The notes under the pieces are model-generated. The model worked only from the letters and a program-made list of their open reading frames with translations. It had not been told where the DNA came from and did no database searches. From Candidatus Omnitrophota bacterium (GTDB taxonomy: Bacteria; Omnitrophota; Gorgyraeia; Gygaellales; Profunditerraquicolaceae), in contig JAPLLX010000007.1 of NCBI GenBank assembly GCA_026387335.1, positions 243 through 64,242 on the forward strand: a stretch of 64,000 bases of DNA. Reading direction: 5' to 3'. Shown in pieces: positions 28,669 through 37,602 of this stretch (the first letter of the stretch is position 1; each line of letters starts with the position of its first letter). The position numbers and the translations under genes were made by a program.

Positions 28669-29332
28669 TACCGCGACTAAATATTTATCTCTGGGAATTT
28701 ATGACGGTGATAAAACCTATGAATATAATCTGGAGGTAGGTCCGAAACTCTCCTCGCTTCTGGCGTTGACTATAAAGAGAACGCTTGAGGCAATAGGTTT
28801 AGGCATAGGCGATTTGGATTATTTTGCCTGCGGCCTGGGTCCGGGTTCTTTTACCGGGATGCGGGTCGGCTTAAGCACAATGAAAGGATTAAGTTGGGCA
28901 GCCGCTAAGCCGCTTATCGGGATATCTACCCTGGATATACTGGCGATGAACGCGCTTGCTTATGGCAATAAGATGATTATTCCGGTAATTGACGCCAGAA
29001 GAAATCTTATATATTCTTGTTTTTATAAGAACCAAAACAACCTGCCTAAAAAAATATCTCCATACCTGCTTGTTACCAAGGGAGAATTATTTAAGAAGCT
29101 TAAACAGCCAGCCGCGATATTCGGGGACGCCCTTATTTTATACAAAGAGGATATTTTAAAAAGTATGCCCGCCGCTACACTATTAGATAAAGACGCATGG
29201 TATCCTAAGGCGCACAATATTATTCAGCTTGCGCTCCTGCGTATAAAAAATAAAAAGTTTGACGATTTGTTAAAAATAAATCCTATTTATATCTATCCTA
29301 AAGAGTGCCAGATCAAAAATGCTCATAAATAA
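28649..29332 (+). CDS. tsaB: tRNA t6A37 biosynthesis protein TsaB
   Basis: ILAIDTAT..., GPGSFTGMRVG motif. GTG at 28649 fits the conserved N-terminus better than the upstream TTG at 28637. Confidence 0.85.
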   Translation: MKILAIDTATKYLSLGIYDGDKTYEYNLEVGPKLSSLLALTIKRTLEAIGLGIGDLDYFACGLGPGSFTGMRVGLSTMKGLSWAAAKPLIGISTLDILAMNALAYGNKMIIPVIDARRNLIYSCFYKNQNNLPKKISPYLLVTKGELFKKLKQPAAIFGDALILYKEDILKSMPAATLLDKDAWYPKAHNIIQLALLRIKNKKFDDLLKINPIYIYPKECQIKNAHK

Positions 29333-30437
29333 TAATAAAATAGGCTACCGGCCGACCTGGGCCCAGATTGATTTGAATAACCTGGAGCATAATTTTCTTG
29401 AAATAAAGAAAAGGCTTGCTCCCGGGACAAAAATCCTGGTCACGGTTAAGGCGGATGCTTACGGCCACGGTTTGATTCCTGTCTCTAAAAGGCTGGTGGC
29501 TTGTAAAGTAGATTTCTTAGGAGTCGCTTCAATAGATGAGGGGATAACTTTAAGAAAGGCGGGGATCAAGGTCCCTATCCTGATATTAGGTTTAATACTC
29601 AAAGATGATATTCTTCCTCTCTTTGAGTATAATCTTTCTACTTCTGTCTGCGACGTAGGGCTAAGCCGGGCCTTGAATAAGAAAGCCGCTTTAAAACGTA
29701 AGAAACTTAACGTGCATATTAAAGTGGATACCGGAATGGGCCGTATAGGTGTGTCTCATTATGACGCGCATAAGCTGGTCAAGAATATTCATAATCTTAA
29801 ACACCTAAGGATTGAGGGGTTATTTACGCATTTTGCCTTCGCTGATCTGAACCGGGAGTTTACTTTTCATCAGATAGATTTATTTAATAAACTTATCCGG
29901 AAATTGAGTAAGGATAACATTAATATTCCTCTGGTGCATGCCGCCAACAGCATCGGCCTGCTTGATTATAAATATAGCCATTTTAATATGGTCAGGCCGG
30001 GCCTGATAATTTACGGCCTGCATCCCAAGGAAGAATTAAAGATAAACCTTAAACCGGTTTTAAGCCTAAAGACTAAAGTTATCTTCGTTAAAAAAGTTCC
30101 CGCCGGCAGCGGCATAAGCTACGGGCACGATTATATTACGAGTAGAGCCACCAAAATAGCCACTTTGCCTATCGGTTATGGCGACGGTTATCCGCGTAAC
30201 CTCTCCAATAAGGCCCCTGTTTTAATAAGAGGGAAGCGTTTTAAGATCTGCGGCAGGATTTGTATGGACCAGATCATGGTTGATGTAGGAAATGCTCCGG
30301 TAAAAGTAGGCGATGAGGTAGTCTTGATCGGTTCGCAGGGAAAAAATAAGATTACCGTCGAGGAATTAGCTGAGCTCTCCAATACTATTCCCTACGAAAT
30401 TGTCTGTGGCTTAGGCAGCCGGATCCCGCGAATCTGA
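29319..30437 (+). CDS. alr: Alanine racemase
   Basis: VKADAYGHG PLP-lysine motif, HFA.AD, GYGDGYPR, CMDQ motifs. Confidence 0.95.
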   Translation: MLINNNKIGYRPTWAQIDLNNLEHNFLEIKKRLAPGTKILVTVKADAYGHGLIPVSKRLVACKVDFLGVASIDEGITLRKAGIKVPILILGLILKDDILPLFEYNLSTSVCDVGLSRALNKKAALKRKKLNVHIKVDTGMGRIGVSHYDAHKLVKNIHNLKHLRIEGLFTHFAFADLNREFTFHQIDLFNKLIRKLSKDNINIPLVHAANSIGLLDYKYSHFNMVRPGLIIYGLHPKEELKINLKPVLSLKTKVIFVKKVPAGSGISYGHDYITSRATKIATLPIGYGDGYPRNLSNKAPVLIRGKRFKICGRICMDQIMVDVGNAPVKVGDEVVLIGSQGKNKITVEELAELSNTIPYEIVCGLGSRIPRI

Positions 30438-30439
30438 TT

Positions 30440-31537
30440 TTAAGGCAGCCGGTTGATTAAAGAGATACTGAAGGCAAGAGCGATTATATGGGCCAGAGAA
30501 GCAGCCAGAAACGGCGGGAGGACCCCCCCGCGGCCTATAGCGATACACACCGCATCGACTATATAATATAAAAATCCCACGATAATTGAAATCCCGATAG
30601 AAGAAATGCCGGTGGCGCGTTTTTGGATCATCAGGGAAAAAGGTATTCCCAGTAGGATTATCACTAAGCTAGCGAAGGGCGCGGTAAATTTCTGATAGAG
30701 GTCTATTTTTAAGTTGCGGATAACCGTTGTTGCTCCGCTGCGGGATAGTTTCCAGATATAATTATCCAATTGATTAATGGTCATATATTCCGGACGCTGC
30801 CTTTGGGCCAGAAAATCATTCGGCGTCTCCGGTATCGTCATTATTTCTTCATCCAGGTATTGCGGTTCTTCAATGATTTGGCCGTTACGGTCAAAGTTGT
30901 AAGTGATTGACTGGTAAAATTTCCACAGCCCATCCTCATAGACGCCCTTGTTGGCCACCACCTTACGGGTCAGGTTCTGCTCTTCGTCCTGCTCAAGTAT
31001 GATTATCCCGTCCATTGTTTTAGTCGAGGGGTAAAACTTGTTGACAAAGAAAAGCCTGTTTTTTGAGCCGTACATGGAAAGGTTGATCAGCGACTCGGTT
31101 TTTTCTTTCTTGCCTATTTTGCCTTCGGCCATTTTGGCCTGTATTCTTTTGGTTTCCAGCATTGCCTGTGGCGCAAAACGGTCGTTGATCCAGAAAACAA
31201 GCAGGCTTATCATAATACCAAAGAGGATAACTGTTTTGGCAATATAAAAGATACTTAAGCCGGACGCGCGCATAGCTATGATTTCGTTATTATGGTTGAG
31301 TTTGCTGAAAGTATAGAGCGTGCTTAAAAGGCAGGCAAAAGGAGCCACCTGAACAAACATGATCGGCAGGTAGGTTAAATAATATTTGATCAGGAGCGTG
31401 TAATGGGTCTGCTGCCTTAGGATATCATCCAGATGCGAAAGCACGTCGATTACTACGTACATAAAGAGGAAGACGAATATGCAGGAGACAAAAATAGAGA
31501 CGACCGATTTTAAGATATATCTGTCTAGGATACGCAT
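30440..31537 (-). CDS. lptG: LPS export ABC permease, LptF/LptG family (second gene)
   Basis: MRILDRYILK N-terminus typical of YjgP/YjgQ permeases. Six TM segments and a periplasmic beta-jellyroll insert. Confidence 0.8.
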   Translation of the reverse strand: MRILDRYILKSVVSIFVSCIFVFLFMYVVIDVLSHLDDILRQQTHYTLLIKYYLTYLPIMFVQVAPFACLLSTLYTFSKLNHNNEIIAMRASGLSIFYIAKTVILFGIMISLLVFWINDRFAPQAMLETKRIQAKMAEGKIGKKEKTESLINLSMYGSKNRLFFVNKFYPSTKTMDGIIILEQDEEQNLTRKVVANKGVYEDGLWKFYQSITYNFDRNGQIIEEPQYLDEEIMTIPETPNDFLAQRQRPEYMTINQLDNYIWKLSRSGATTVIRNLKIDLYQKFTAPFASLVIILLGIPFSLMIQKRATGISSIGISIIVGFLYYIVDAVCIAIGRGGVLPPFLAASLAHIIALAFSISLINRLP

Positions 31538-32631
31538 AATCTAAAGGTTAGGATTGAGCCGAGTGTCCCGAATATTATATTGGGGATCCAAATGGCCAGG
31601 GCCGGGTTGATAGCGCCTTGTATCCCTAAGGATTCGCATCCGATAAGCAGCGGATAATAGACCACGATAATGAGTATGGCAATACCGATATTAATGGATT
31701 TTTCCCTGCGCCGGGTAATTATGGCCAGGGGTATACCCATAAGTATAAAGACAAGGCAGGAGAAGGCGAGGGTCAATTTCTCGTGGATCTCATTGATGAG
31801 CGGAGCGGGGTTTATGCCTTCTTTTCTTAATTTCTTTACTTCTTTACTTAATTCCTGGATGGTCATCTCTTTATATTTTTTTTCTATATTAGTGTTTTTT
31901 TGCGCGTCAGCCATGTTTAAATTCATAAAGTAGGTCTTAAAATTGAGCTTATAAAAATTAGTCGGGTTATTCGGGTCAGGCTCATCGCTTGTGCCGTCCA
32001 TAAGTTTTAATTTTACGTTATTTTTCTCCGGGACGCTTATAAACTCACCGCTTCTGGCAACGATTGTGCGCGTAGGCTTATCTTCTCCCTGGGGCTCATA
32101 TATGCGCACATTAAGCAGCCGGTTACGTTTTTGGTCCACCTTATAGATAAAAAGCACGTATTTCTGGAAGGAATTAATAAAAACCCCTTCTTCAAACGCG
32201 GCTGTCGGGTTTTTTACGCCTATTTCAATCAAGGTCTTGCGGTATTCATAATGCGCGTAGGATGCTGCCCGGTCATTGAACAAGACCAGGCCCAGGCTTA
32301 GGATCAACCCCAACGTAAGCACGGGGAGTATGAGTTTAAAAATATTTATGCCGCTGGCCCTTATGGCGATAATCTCATTATCGCTGGAGAGCCTTCCCAG
32401 GGACATAAGCACGGCGACGAGGATAGAGATAGGCAGGGCATAGGTGATTATATAAGGAGTCATCAGCAGAAATACTTTGATCACGCTGATTATATCCACG
32501 CCTTTATTGATGACCAGGTCAGCGATCTTTTTTAAGTTGCCTACTACGACCATAACGAAGCTTAAAACCCCCAGGGTCAGGAAGAAGGGGCCGATAAATT
32601 CTTTTAACAGGTAATTACGCAGTATTCGCAT
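31525..32631 (-). CDS. lptF: LPS export ABC permease, LptF/LptG family (first gene)
   Basis: MRILRNYLLKEF N-terminus and the same architecture as its neighbour. 13-nt overlap with the downstream gene. Confidence 0.8.
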   Translation of the reverse strand: MRILRNYLLKEFIGPFFLTLGVLSFVMVVVGNLKKIADLVINKGVDIISVIKVFLLMTPYIITYALPISILVAVLMSLGRLSSDNEIIAIRASGINIFKLILPVLTLGLILSLGLVLFNDRAASYAHYEYRKTLIEIGVKNPTAAFEEGVFINSFQKYVLFIYKVDQKRNRLLNVRIYEPQGEDKPTRTIVARSGEFISVPEKNNVKLKLMDGTSDEPDPNNPTNFYKLNFKTYFMNLNMADAQKNTNIEKKYKEMTIQELSKEVKKLRKEGINPAPLINEIHEKLTLAFSCLVFILMGIPLAIITRRREKSINIGIAILIIVVYYPLLIGCESLGIQGAINPALAIWIPNIIFGTLGSILTFRLCVS

Positions 32632-32634
32632 ATT

Positions 32635-33360
32635 TTAATTGGCTAAAGTCAATACAAAGACTATATTTGCTCCGGCATTTTTCATTGTGTGGGCCGCTTC
32701 GGAAGAGGTGGCGCCGGTAGTCAGGACATCATCAACTAACAATACATTCTTATTCCTTAAATCATAACTAGCCGCGACGGAAAAGCTCTCTTTTACATTC
32801 AGGAAGCGTTTATTTATAGGCAGTTCTGTCTGGGTCCGCGTCAGCCGATGCCGGATAAGGGCCTGGGGTGCTAAGTTTTTATTAAACTCAGTCGCGATAT
32901 GCCTGCTTAAGGCTTCCGCCTGGTTAAACTCTCTTTCGCGCAAACGCGTTTTATGTAACGGCATAGGGATTATAAAGTCCAGGTAATCAATAGGCAGGTC
33001 ATATTCCCTGATAAATTCAGTCATTAGCTTACTTAAAGGCTTAGCCAGATGCGCCTTGCCTTTATATTTAAATTCATGGATCAATTCTTTTATCACTCCT
33101 TCATATAAGCAGGGGCTAAAGGCGCGGTCAAAACTTAAAGCCTTTTTTAAGCAACCCAGGCAGATATTTTTATGCAGGCTATCTTTCTCCAGGTGCCTTC
33201 CGCAGCTTGAGCAGAAAGGAGGGATATTCCTCTTAATTTTGAGCCGGCATGAGCCGCAGATGTATTCTTCTGTTGCTTGAGCCGTAAGCTTGTGTTTACA
33301 GCTCAAGCACGTTTTTGGATACGCGATATCCGTTAATCCCCGGATAAAACGACGCAACAT
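32635..33360 (-). CDS. comF: ComF family protein (phosphoribosyltransferase domain with N-terminal zinc ribbon)
   Basis: CLSC...CGSC / CSSCG...CLGC zinc ribbons. C-terminal PRT motif VLLVDDVLTTGAT. Confidence 0.85.
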   Translation of the reverse strand: MLRRFIRGLTDIAYPKTCLSCKHKLTAQATEEYICGSCRLKIKRNIPPFCSSCGRHLEKDSLHKNICLGCLKKALSFDRAFSPCLYEGVIKELIHEFKYKGKAHLAKPLSKLMTEFIREYDLPIDYLDFIIPMPLHKTRLREREFNQAEALSRHIATEFNKNLAPQALIRHRLTRTQTELPINKRFLNVKESFSVAASYDLRNKNVLLVDDVLTTGATSSEAAHTMKNAGANIVFVLTLAN

Positions 33361-33405
33361 AAAGATATGATAACAGCTAATTTACTAAAAGTCAAAAGTA
33401 AAAAG

Positions 33406-33434
33406 TTGACACAGGCAGTTAAGGATAGTAGAAT
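33406..33434 (+). promoter_or_regulatory. Sigma-70-type promoter for pyrE (TTGACA-N17-TAGAAT)
   Basis: TTGACA at 33406-33411, a 17-nt spacer and TAGAAT at 33429-33434, in the divergent comF/pyrE spacer. Confidence 0.5.
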
Positions 33435-33443
33435 AAATAAACT

Positions 33444-34001
33444 ATGGGCAACGGTATAAAAGAATTAAAAACCCAGCTACTAGCGCTCCTGGATAAAGAG
33501 GCGTTAAAAAGGGGTAATTTTGTCCTCTCTAGCGGTAAAACCAGCAATTATTATCTTGATGGCCGCGTAATCACCCTGACTCCCGAAGGCGCGTATCTGG
33601 TGGCGAGTATTATACTGGAGCTGCTTAAGGATAAAAAAATAGACGCGCTGGGCGGCCCGACTTTAGGGGCAGACCCTATAGTGGGAGCGGTTGCCTGCCT
33701 TAGCCACATGAAAAATATTCCTTTAAAGACGTTTATTGTAAGAAAAGCGACTAAAGAGCATGGTATGACCCGTCAGATTGAGGGCCCGGAGATAAAAAAA
33801 GGGAGCCGGGTAATTTTGGTTGATGATGTGGCGACAACCGGAAAAGCCCTCCTGGAAGCAAAACATGCCCTGGATAAGATCGGCGTCATTGCCGATACTG
33901 CCCTGGTCATTGTAGATAGATGCGCAGGCGCCACAGAGAACTTAAGTAAAGAAGGTTTGCAGCTGGAATCTATATTTACTATAAAGGATTTCGGTCTCTA
34001 G
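33444..34001 (+). CDS. pyrE: Orotate phosphoribosyltransferase
   Basis: F.LSSGK.S.YY.D N-terminus and PRT motif VILVDDVATTGKA. Confidence 0.9.
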   Translation: MGNGIKELKTQLLALLDKEALKRGNFVLSSGKTSNYYLDGRVITLTPEGAYLVASIILELLKDKKIDALGGPTLGADPIVGAVACLSHMKNIPLKTFIVRKATKEHGMTRQIEGPEIKKGSRVILVDDVATTGKALLEAKHALDKIGVIADTALVIVDRCAGATENLSKEGLQLESIFTIKDFGL

Positions 34002-34016
34002 GGGCCTCTAAACAAA

Positions 34017-35258
34017 GTGTTAAAAAAAAAGATAATAGTAGTCGGCGCAGGCCCAGCCGGAATGATGGCTGCGATAAAAGCGGGCTCACTAGCTCAAGAA
34101 GTAATCCTCGTTGATAAAAATCCATCCTTAGGCAAGAAACTCCTCCTTAGCGGTAAAGGCCGCTGTAATTTAACCAACGCCAGCGATCTAGACTCATTCT
34201 TAAAAAGATTCTCCAAAAACGGGGAATTCTTAAGGGATGCCTTTAAGAAATTCTTTAACCAGGAGCTGATGGATTTTTTCCAGGAGAGAGGGCTGCCCCT
34301 AAAAGTAGAGAGGCAGTTACGCGTTTTTCCGGTTACGGATAGTTCAAACAGCATCGTAAATACGCTGGAGAAAGAATTGCTTAAGCAGAATGTAAAGATC
34401 AAGCTTAATTCCAAAGCAACAGATGTGTTGGTAGAAAATAATCAGATCAAGGGGCTGTATTTAGAGGAGGAAGAGTTTATTCCTTGTGACAAAATAATTT
34501 TAGCCACCGGAGGCGTCTCTTATAGTTTTACCGGCTCAACCGGCGAGGGTTTGGAATTGGCCAAAAAAACAGGCCATAATATTGTAGCCTTACGGCCGGG
34601 CCTGGTCCCGTTAGTCGTGAGTGAAAAATATATTAAAACATTAGAAGGCCTGACCTTAAAAAACATCCGCCTTAAATTTGGCGCGGGCAGAAAGGAGATT
34701 ATCTCCGAGGTCGGGGAGTTGTTATTTACAAGTTTTGGGATATCCGGACCGTTAGTCCTTACTCTCAGCGCTAAGATAGCGAATTGGTTGGCTGACAAGA
34801 AGGAAGTCTTTGCCGATATAGATTTAAAACCGGGGTTAACGGTTGAGCAACTCTCTGCCCGTTTTTTGCGGGAATTTAAGACTAACGCCAAGAAGGGGAT
34901 TAAAAATGTTATGAAGAGTTTATTGCCTATAAAGTTGATTGATTTGTTTATGGAGTTGGCAAAAATAAATCCGCATAAAAAGGCCAATCAGGTTACGCAA
35001 AAGGAACGCGAGACGCTTGTCACTTTGCTTAAGGGCTGGCGTTTAAATATCTCCGGCACAAGGCCGATAGAAGAGGGGATGGTCACCCAGGGCGGAGTTT
35101 CTTTAAAAAACATCAACCCGCGTACTATGGAATCGCGGATAATTAAGGGGTTGTATTTTTGCGGAGAGATGATTGATGTGGACGCGGATACCGGAGGATT
35201 TAACCTTCAGGCGGCATTCTCTACCGGATACTTAGCAGGAGAAAGCGCGGCATTATGA
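34017..35258 (+). CDS. FAD-dependent oxidoreductase, HI0933/BaiN family
   Basis: GAGPAGMMAA dinucleotide motif, GKGRCNLTN, ATGG.SY..TGSTG.G, GG.NLQ.AFSTG C-terminus. Confidence 0.85.
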   Translation: MLKKKIIVVGAGPAGMMAAIKAGSLAQEVILVDKNPSLGKKLLLSGKGRCNLTNASDLDSFLKRFSKNGEFLRDAFKKFFNQELMDFFQERGLPLKVERQLRVFPVTDSSNSIVNTLEKELLKQNVKIKLNSKATDVLVENNQIKGLYLEEEEFIPCDKIILATGGVSYSFTGSTGEGLELAKKTGHNIVALRPGLVPLVVSEKYIKTLEGLTLKNIRLKFGAGRKEIISEVGELLFTSFGISGPLVLTLSAKIANWLADKKEVFADIDLKPGLTVEQLSARFLREFKTNAKKGIKNVMKSLLPIKLIDLFMELAKINPHKKANQVTQKERETLVTLLKGWRLNISGTRPIEEGMVTQGGVSLKNINPRTMESRIIKGLYFCGEMIDVDADTGGFNLQAAFSTGYLAGESAAL

Positions 35259-36601
35259 AAAATATATATTTAGCTTCTCACTCTAAGGCTCGCCAAAAAT
35301 TATTAAAATCACTGGGCCTGAAATTTAAAGTCCTTCCCGCTAGAATTAAAGAGAGAAGGAGCGCAAAAGGGATATCCTATGCTGACCTTGTAAAGCTAAA
35401 CGCGCGCCAGAAAGCCGAAACTGCTTCCCGAAAAGTAAAGTCCGGGATTATTATTGCCGCGGATACGATTCTGGTCCAGGACGGCAAAATATATGGTAAG
35501 CCCAAAGACTTAAAAAGCGCCCGGCGCATGCTTAAAACAATATCCGCCAAACCGCAAACTGTCTATACCGGTATTGCCGTAATAAAAAAGGGAGAGGGCA
35601 GGGAAAAAATACTGCTGGATTACGAAAAGACCGATGTTTATATGGATAAGTTAAGCGATAAAGATATAGATGCTTATTTTAAGAAAGTTTCTCCTTTAGA
35701 TAAAGCCGGAAGTTTTGACATCCAGGCCAAAGGCGCTCTTTTTATCCGGGGGGTGAGGGGCTGTTTCTATAATGTGGTAGGTCTGCCTTTAAGAAAACTT
35801 TATACGATGTTTAAAAAACTGGATATAAGGTTATATTTGTTTTTTCTGGCTCTGGTTTTCTTAGCCGGTTGTTCTACGGAATATAATATCGTTACCGGAG
35901 AACAGGAGGTCTACTACTATAGCACGGATAAAGAAGTCCAGATGGGCCAGGCTGTTGCCCGGGAAGTGGCCAAGCAATATAAATACACCGATGACCCGCT
36001 GTTACAAAAGCGGGTTGAGGATATCGGTAAGAAAATAGTCGCGGTGAGCGATAGGAAAGAAATAGATTACCATTTTTTTGTATTAGACGAGGATGAGGTA
36101 AATGCCGTTTCCCTGCCCGGAGGTTATGTTTATATATTTAAGGGGTTAGTGGATAAAGTAGCTAACGATGATGAGCTGGCCGGAGTCATAGCCCACGAAG
36201 TCGGCCATATAGTCGCTCGCCACAGCATCAAGAAACTGCAGGCCCTTCAGGGTTATTCCATATTAAGAATACTTGTAGCGGCAGCCCCGTCTTCGGGCGA
36301 AGTAGGAAATGCCGCGGATGTCGCTTTTACCGAGCTGCTTCTAGGCTATTCCCGGGAAGATGAACTGCTGGCTGATCAGTTAGGCGCTCGGTACATAAAA
36401 TCAGCCGGGTATGACCCGCATGCTATGATTTCATTTTTACAGAAACTTCAGGAGGTCAATCGCCGAAGGCCTCTTCAGCCAAAATCATATTATAAAACTC
36501 ACCCCTATACTCCGGACAGGATCAGGGTAGTCAAGGAAGAATTGGGAGAGCGGATTGATTTTGACGATTACATTAATATTGAACAAAATAAACATAAGTA
36601 G
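35255..36601 (+). CDS. maf: In-frame fusion: Maf nucleoside-triphosphate pyrophosphatase (aa 1-~190) plus M48 metalloprotease lipoprotein (BepA/YfgC-like). An internal ATG at 35807 precedes a lipoprotein signal peptide.
   Basis: Maf motifs (LASHSKARQKLL, IIAADT, AGSFDIQ). Then MFKKLDIRLYLFFLALVFLAGC (lipobox LAGC) and HEVGHIVARH (HExxH). No stop codon separates the two parts. Confidence 0.8.
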   Translation: MKNIYLASHSKARQKLLKSLGLKFKVLPARIKERRSAKGISYADLVKLNARQKAETASRKVKSGIIIAADTILVQDGKIYGKPKDLKSARRMLKTISAKPQTVYTGIAVIKKGEGREKILLDYEKTDVYMDKLSDKDIDAYFKKVSPLDKAGSFDIQAKGALFIRGVRGCFYNVVGLPLRKLYTMFKKLDIRLYLFFLALVFLAGCSTEYNIVTGEQEVYYYSTDKEVQMGQAVAREVAKQYKYTDDPLLQKRVEDIGKKIVAVSDRKEIDYHFFVLDEDEVNAVSLPGGYVYIFKGLVDKVANDDELAGVIAHEVGHIVARHSIKKLQALQGYSILRILVAAAPSSGEVGNAADVAFTELLLGYSREDELLADQLGARYIKSAGYDPHAMISFLQKLQEVNRRRPLQPKSYYKTHPYTPDRIRVVKEELGERIDFDDYINIEQNKHK

Positions 36602-36612
36602 GCTAAATTTAT

Positions 36613-37602
36613 ATGAATAATCCTTTCGGGGTATTGGAATTTTTGCACTGGAACCATCCCTGGAATAATTATAAGTATTCCAGCCCGGCGCACTGGCAAA
36701 AGGTAATAAAGCTGATGAAAGAAGCGGGAGTCGGCTGGGTGAGGATGGATTTCTTGTGGCAGGATATTGAACCCAAGGAAGGTAAGAGCGTATTTGATAA
36801 ATATGATCAGGTCGTAGATTTATTAAATAAGAATAAGATACATATTCTGGGTATTCTTAATTATGGCGTTGAATGGGCTGGGGACTCTAAAAAATGGAAC
36901 TGCCCGCCGAAAGATAACAATCTTTTTGTTAAATACGCTGTCAGGGTAATCCGGCGTTATAAGGATAAAATAAAACATTGGGAGGTTTGGAATGAGCCTG
37001 ACTCCGGAGTTTACTGGTCAGCTCAGGACGGATTAAAGAGCTATTGCGCTTTGCTCAAGTCTGTCTATATCGCCGCTAAAAAGGTTGATCCGGATTGTAA
37101 AATCTTAAACGGCGGTTTAGCCAACGGCTCAAACAGCATTAACAACCTTTATGCTAATGGCGCCAGGAAATATTTTGATATCCTGAACCTGCATTTTTTT
37201 GAAACTCCTTTGCATAAAGGGGGAATAAAGGGGGTAAGCGCTTATACAAAATTGGCCCGTAAGATAATGGTCCGCAACGGCGATGGAAATAAGAAGATAT
37301 GGCTTACTGAAACCGGCTGCCCCGGAGTTAAGCGGGGCCTGAAGACCGGTAATTGGTGGATAGGTAAGAACCCCAGTGAAAGAGAGCAGGCTTCCTGGGT
37401 CAGAAAAGTTTATACTGAATTGCTTAAGAATAAGAATGTAGAGAAGGTCTTTTGGGCATTTTTCCGCGATTGTTCAGGCCATTGGGATAATGGCGTGGAT
37501 TATTTTGGCCTGGTCCGTTGGGATTATTCCCGTAAACCCGCGTTTAAAGCCTATAAAGAATGTTTTAATAAATGGAAAAAAGGAAAAAATGCGAAAAATT
37601 AA
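36613..37602 (+). CDS. Clan GH-A (GH5/GH39-like) TIM-barrel glycoside hydrolase, no signal peptide
   Basis: Acid/base motif HWEVWNEPD and nucleophile motif WLTETGCP. Family assignment is not resolvable by eye. Confidence 0.6.
   Translation: MNNPFGVLEFLHWNHPWNNYKYSSPAHWQKVIKLMKEAGVGWVRMDFLWQDIEPKEGKSVFDKYDQVVDLLNKNKIHILGILNYGVEWAGDSKKWNCPPKDNNLFVKYAVRVIRRYKDKIKHWEVWNEPDSGVYWSAQDGLKSYCALLKSVYIAAKKVDPDCKILNGGLANGSNSINNLYANGARKYFDILNLHFFETPLHKGGIKGVSAYTKLARKIMVRNGDGNKKIWLTETGCPGVKRGLKTGNWWIGKNPSEREQASWVRKVYTELLKNKNVEKVFWAFFRDCSGHWDNGVDYFGLVRWDYSRKPAFKAYKECFNKWKKGKNAKN

Noticed and set aside
30437-30440. Convergent alr (+) and lptG (-) genes whose stop codons are separated by only 2 nt, with no terminator hairpin.
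   Set aside because: This is unusual-looking, but tight convergent packing is common in compact genomes, and no structure or extra feature is present to analyse.
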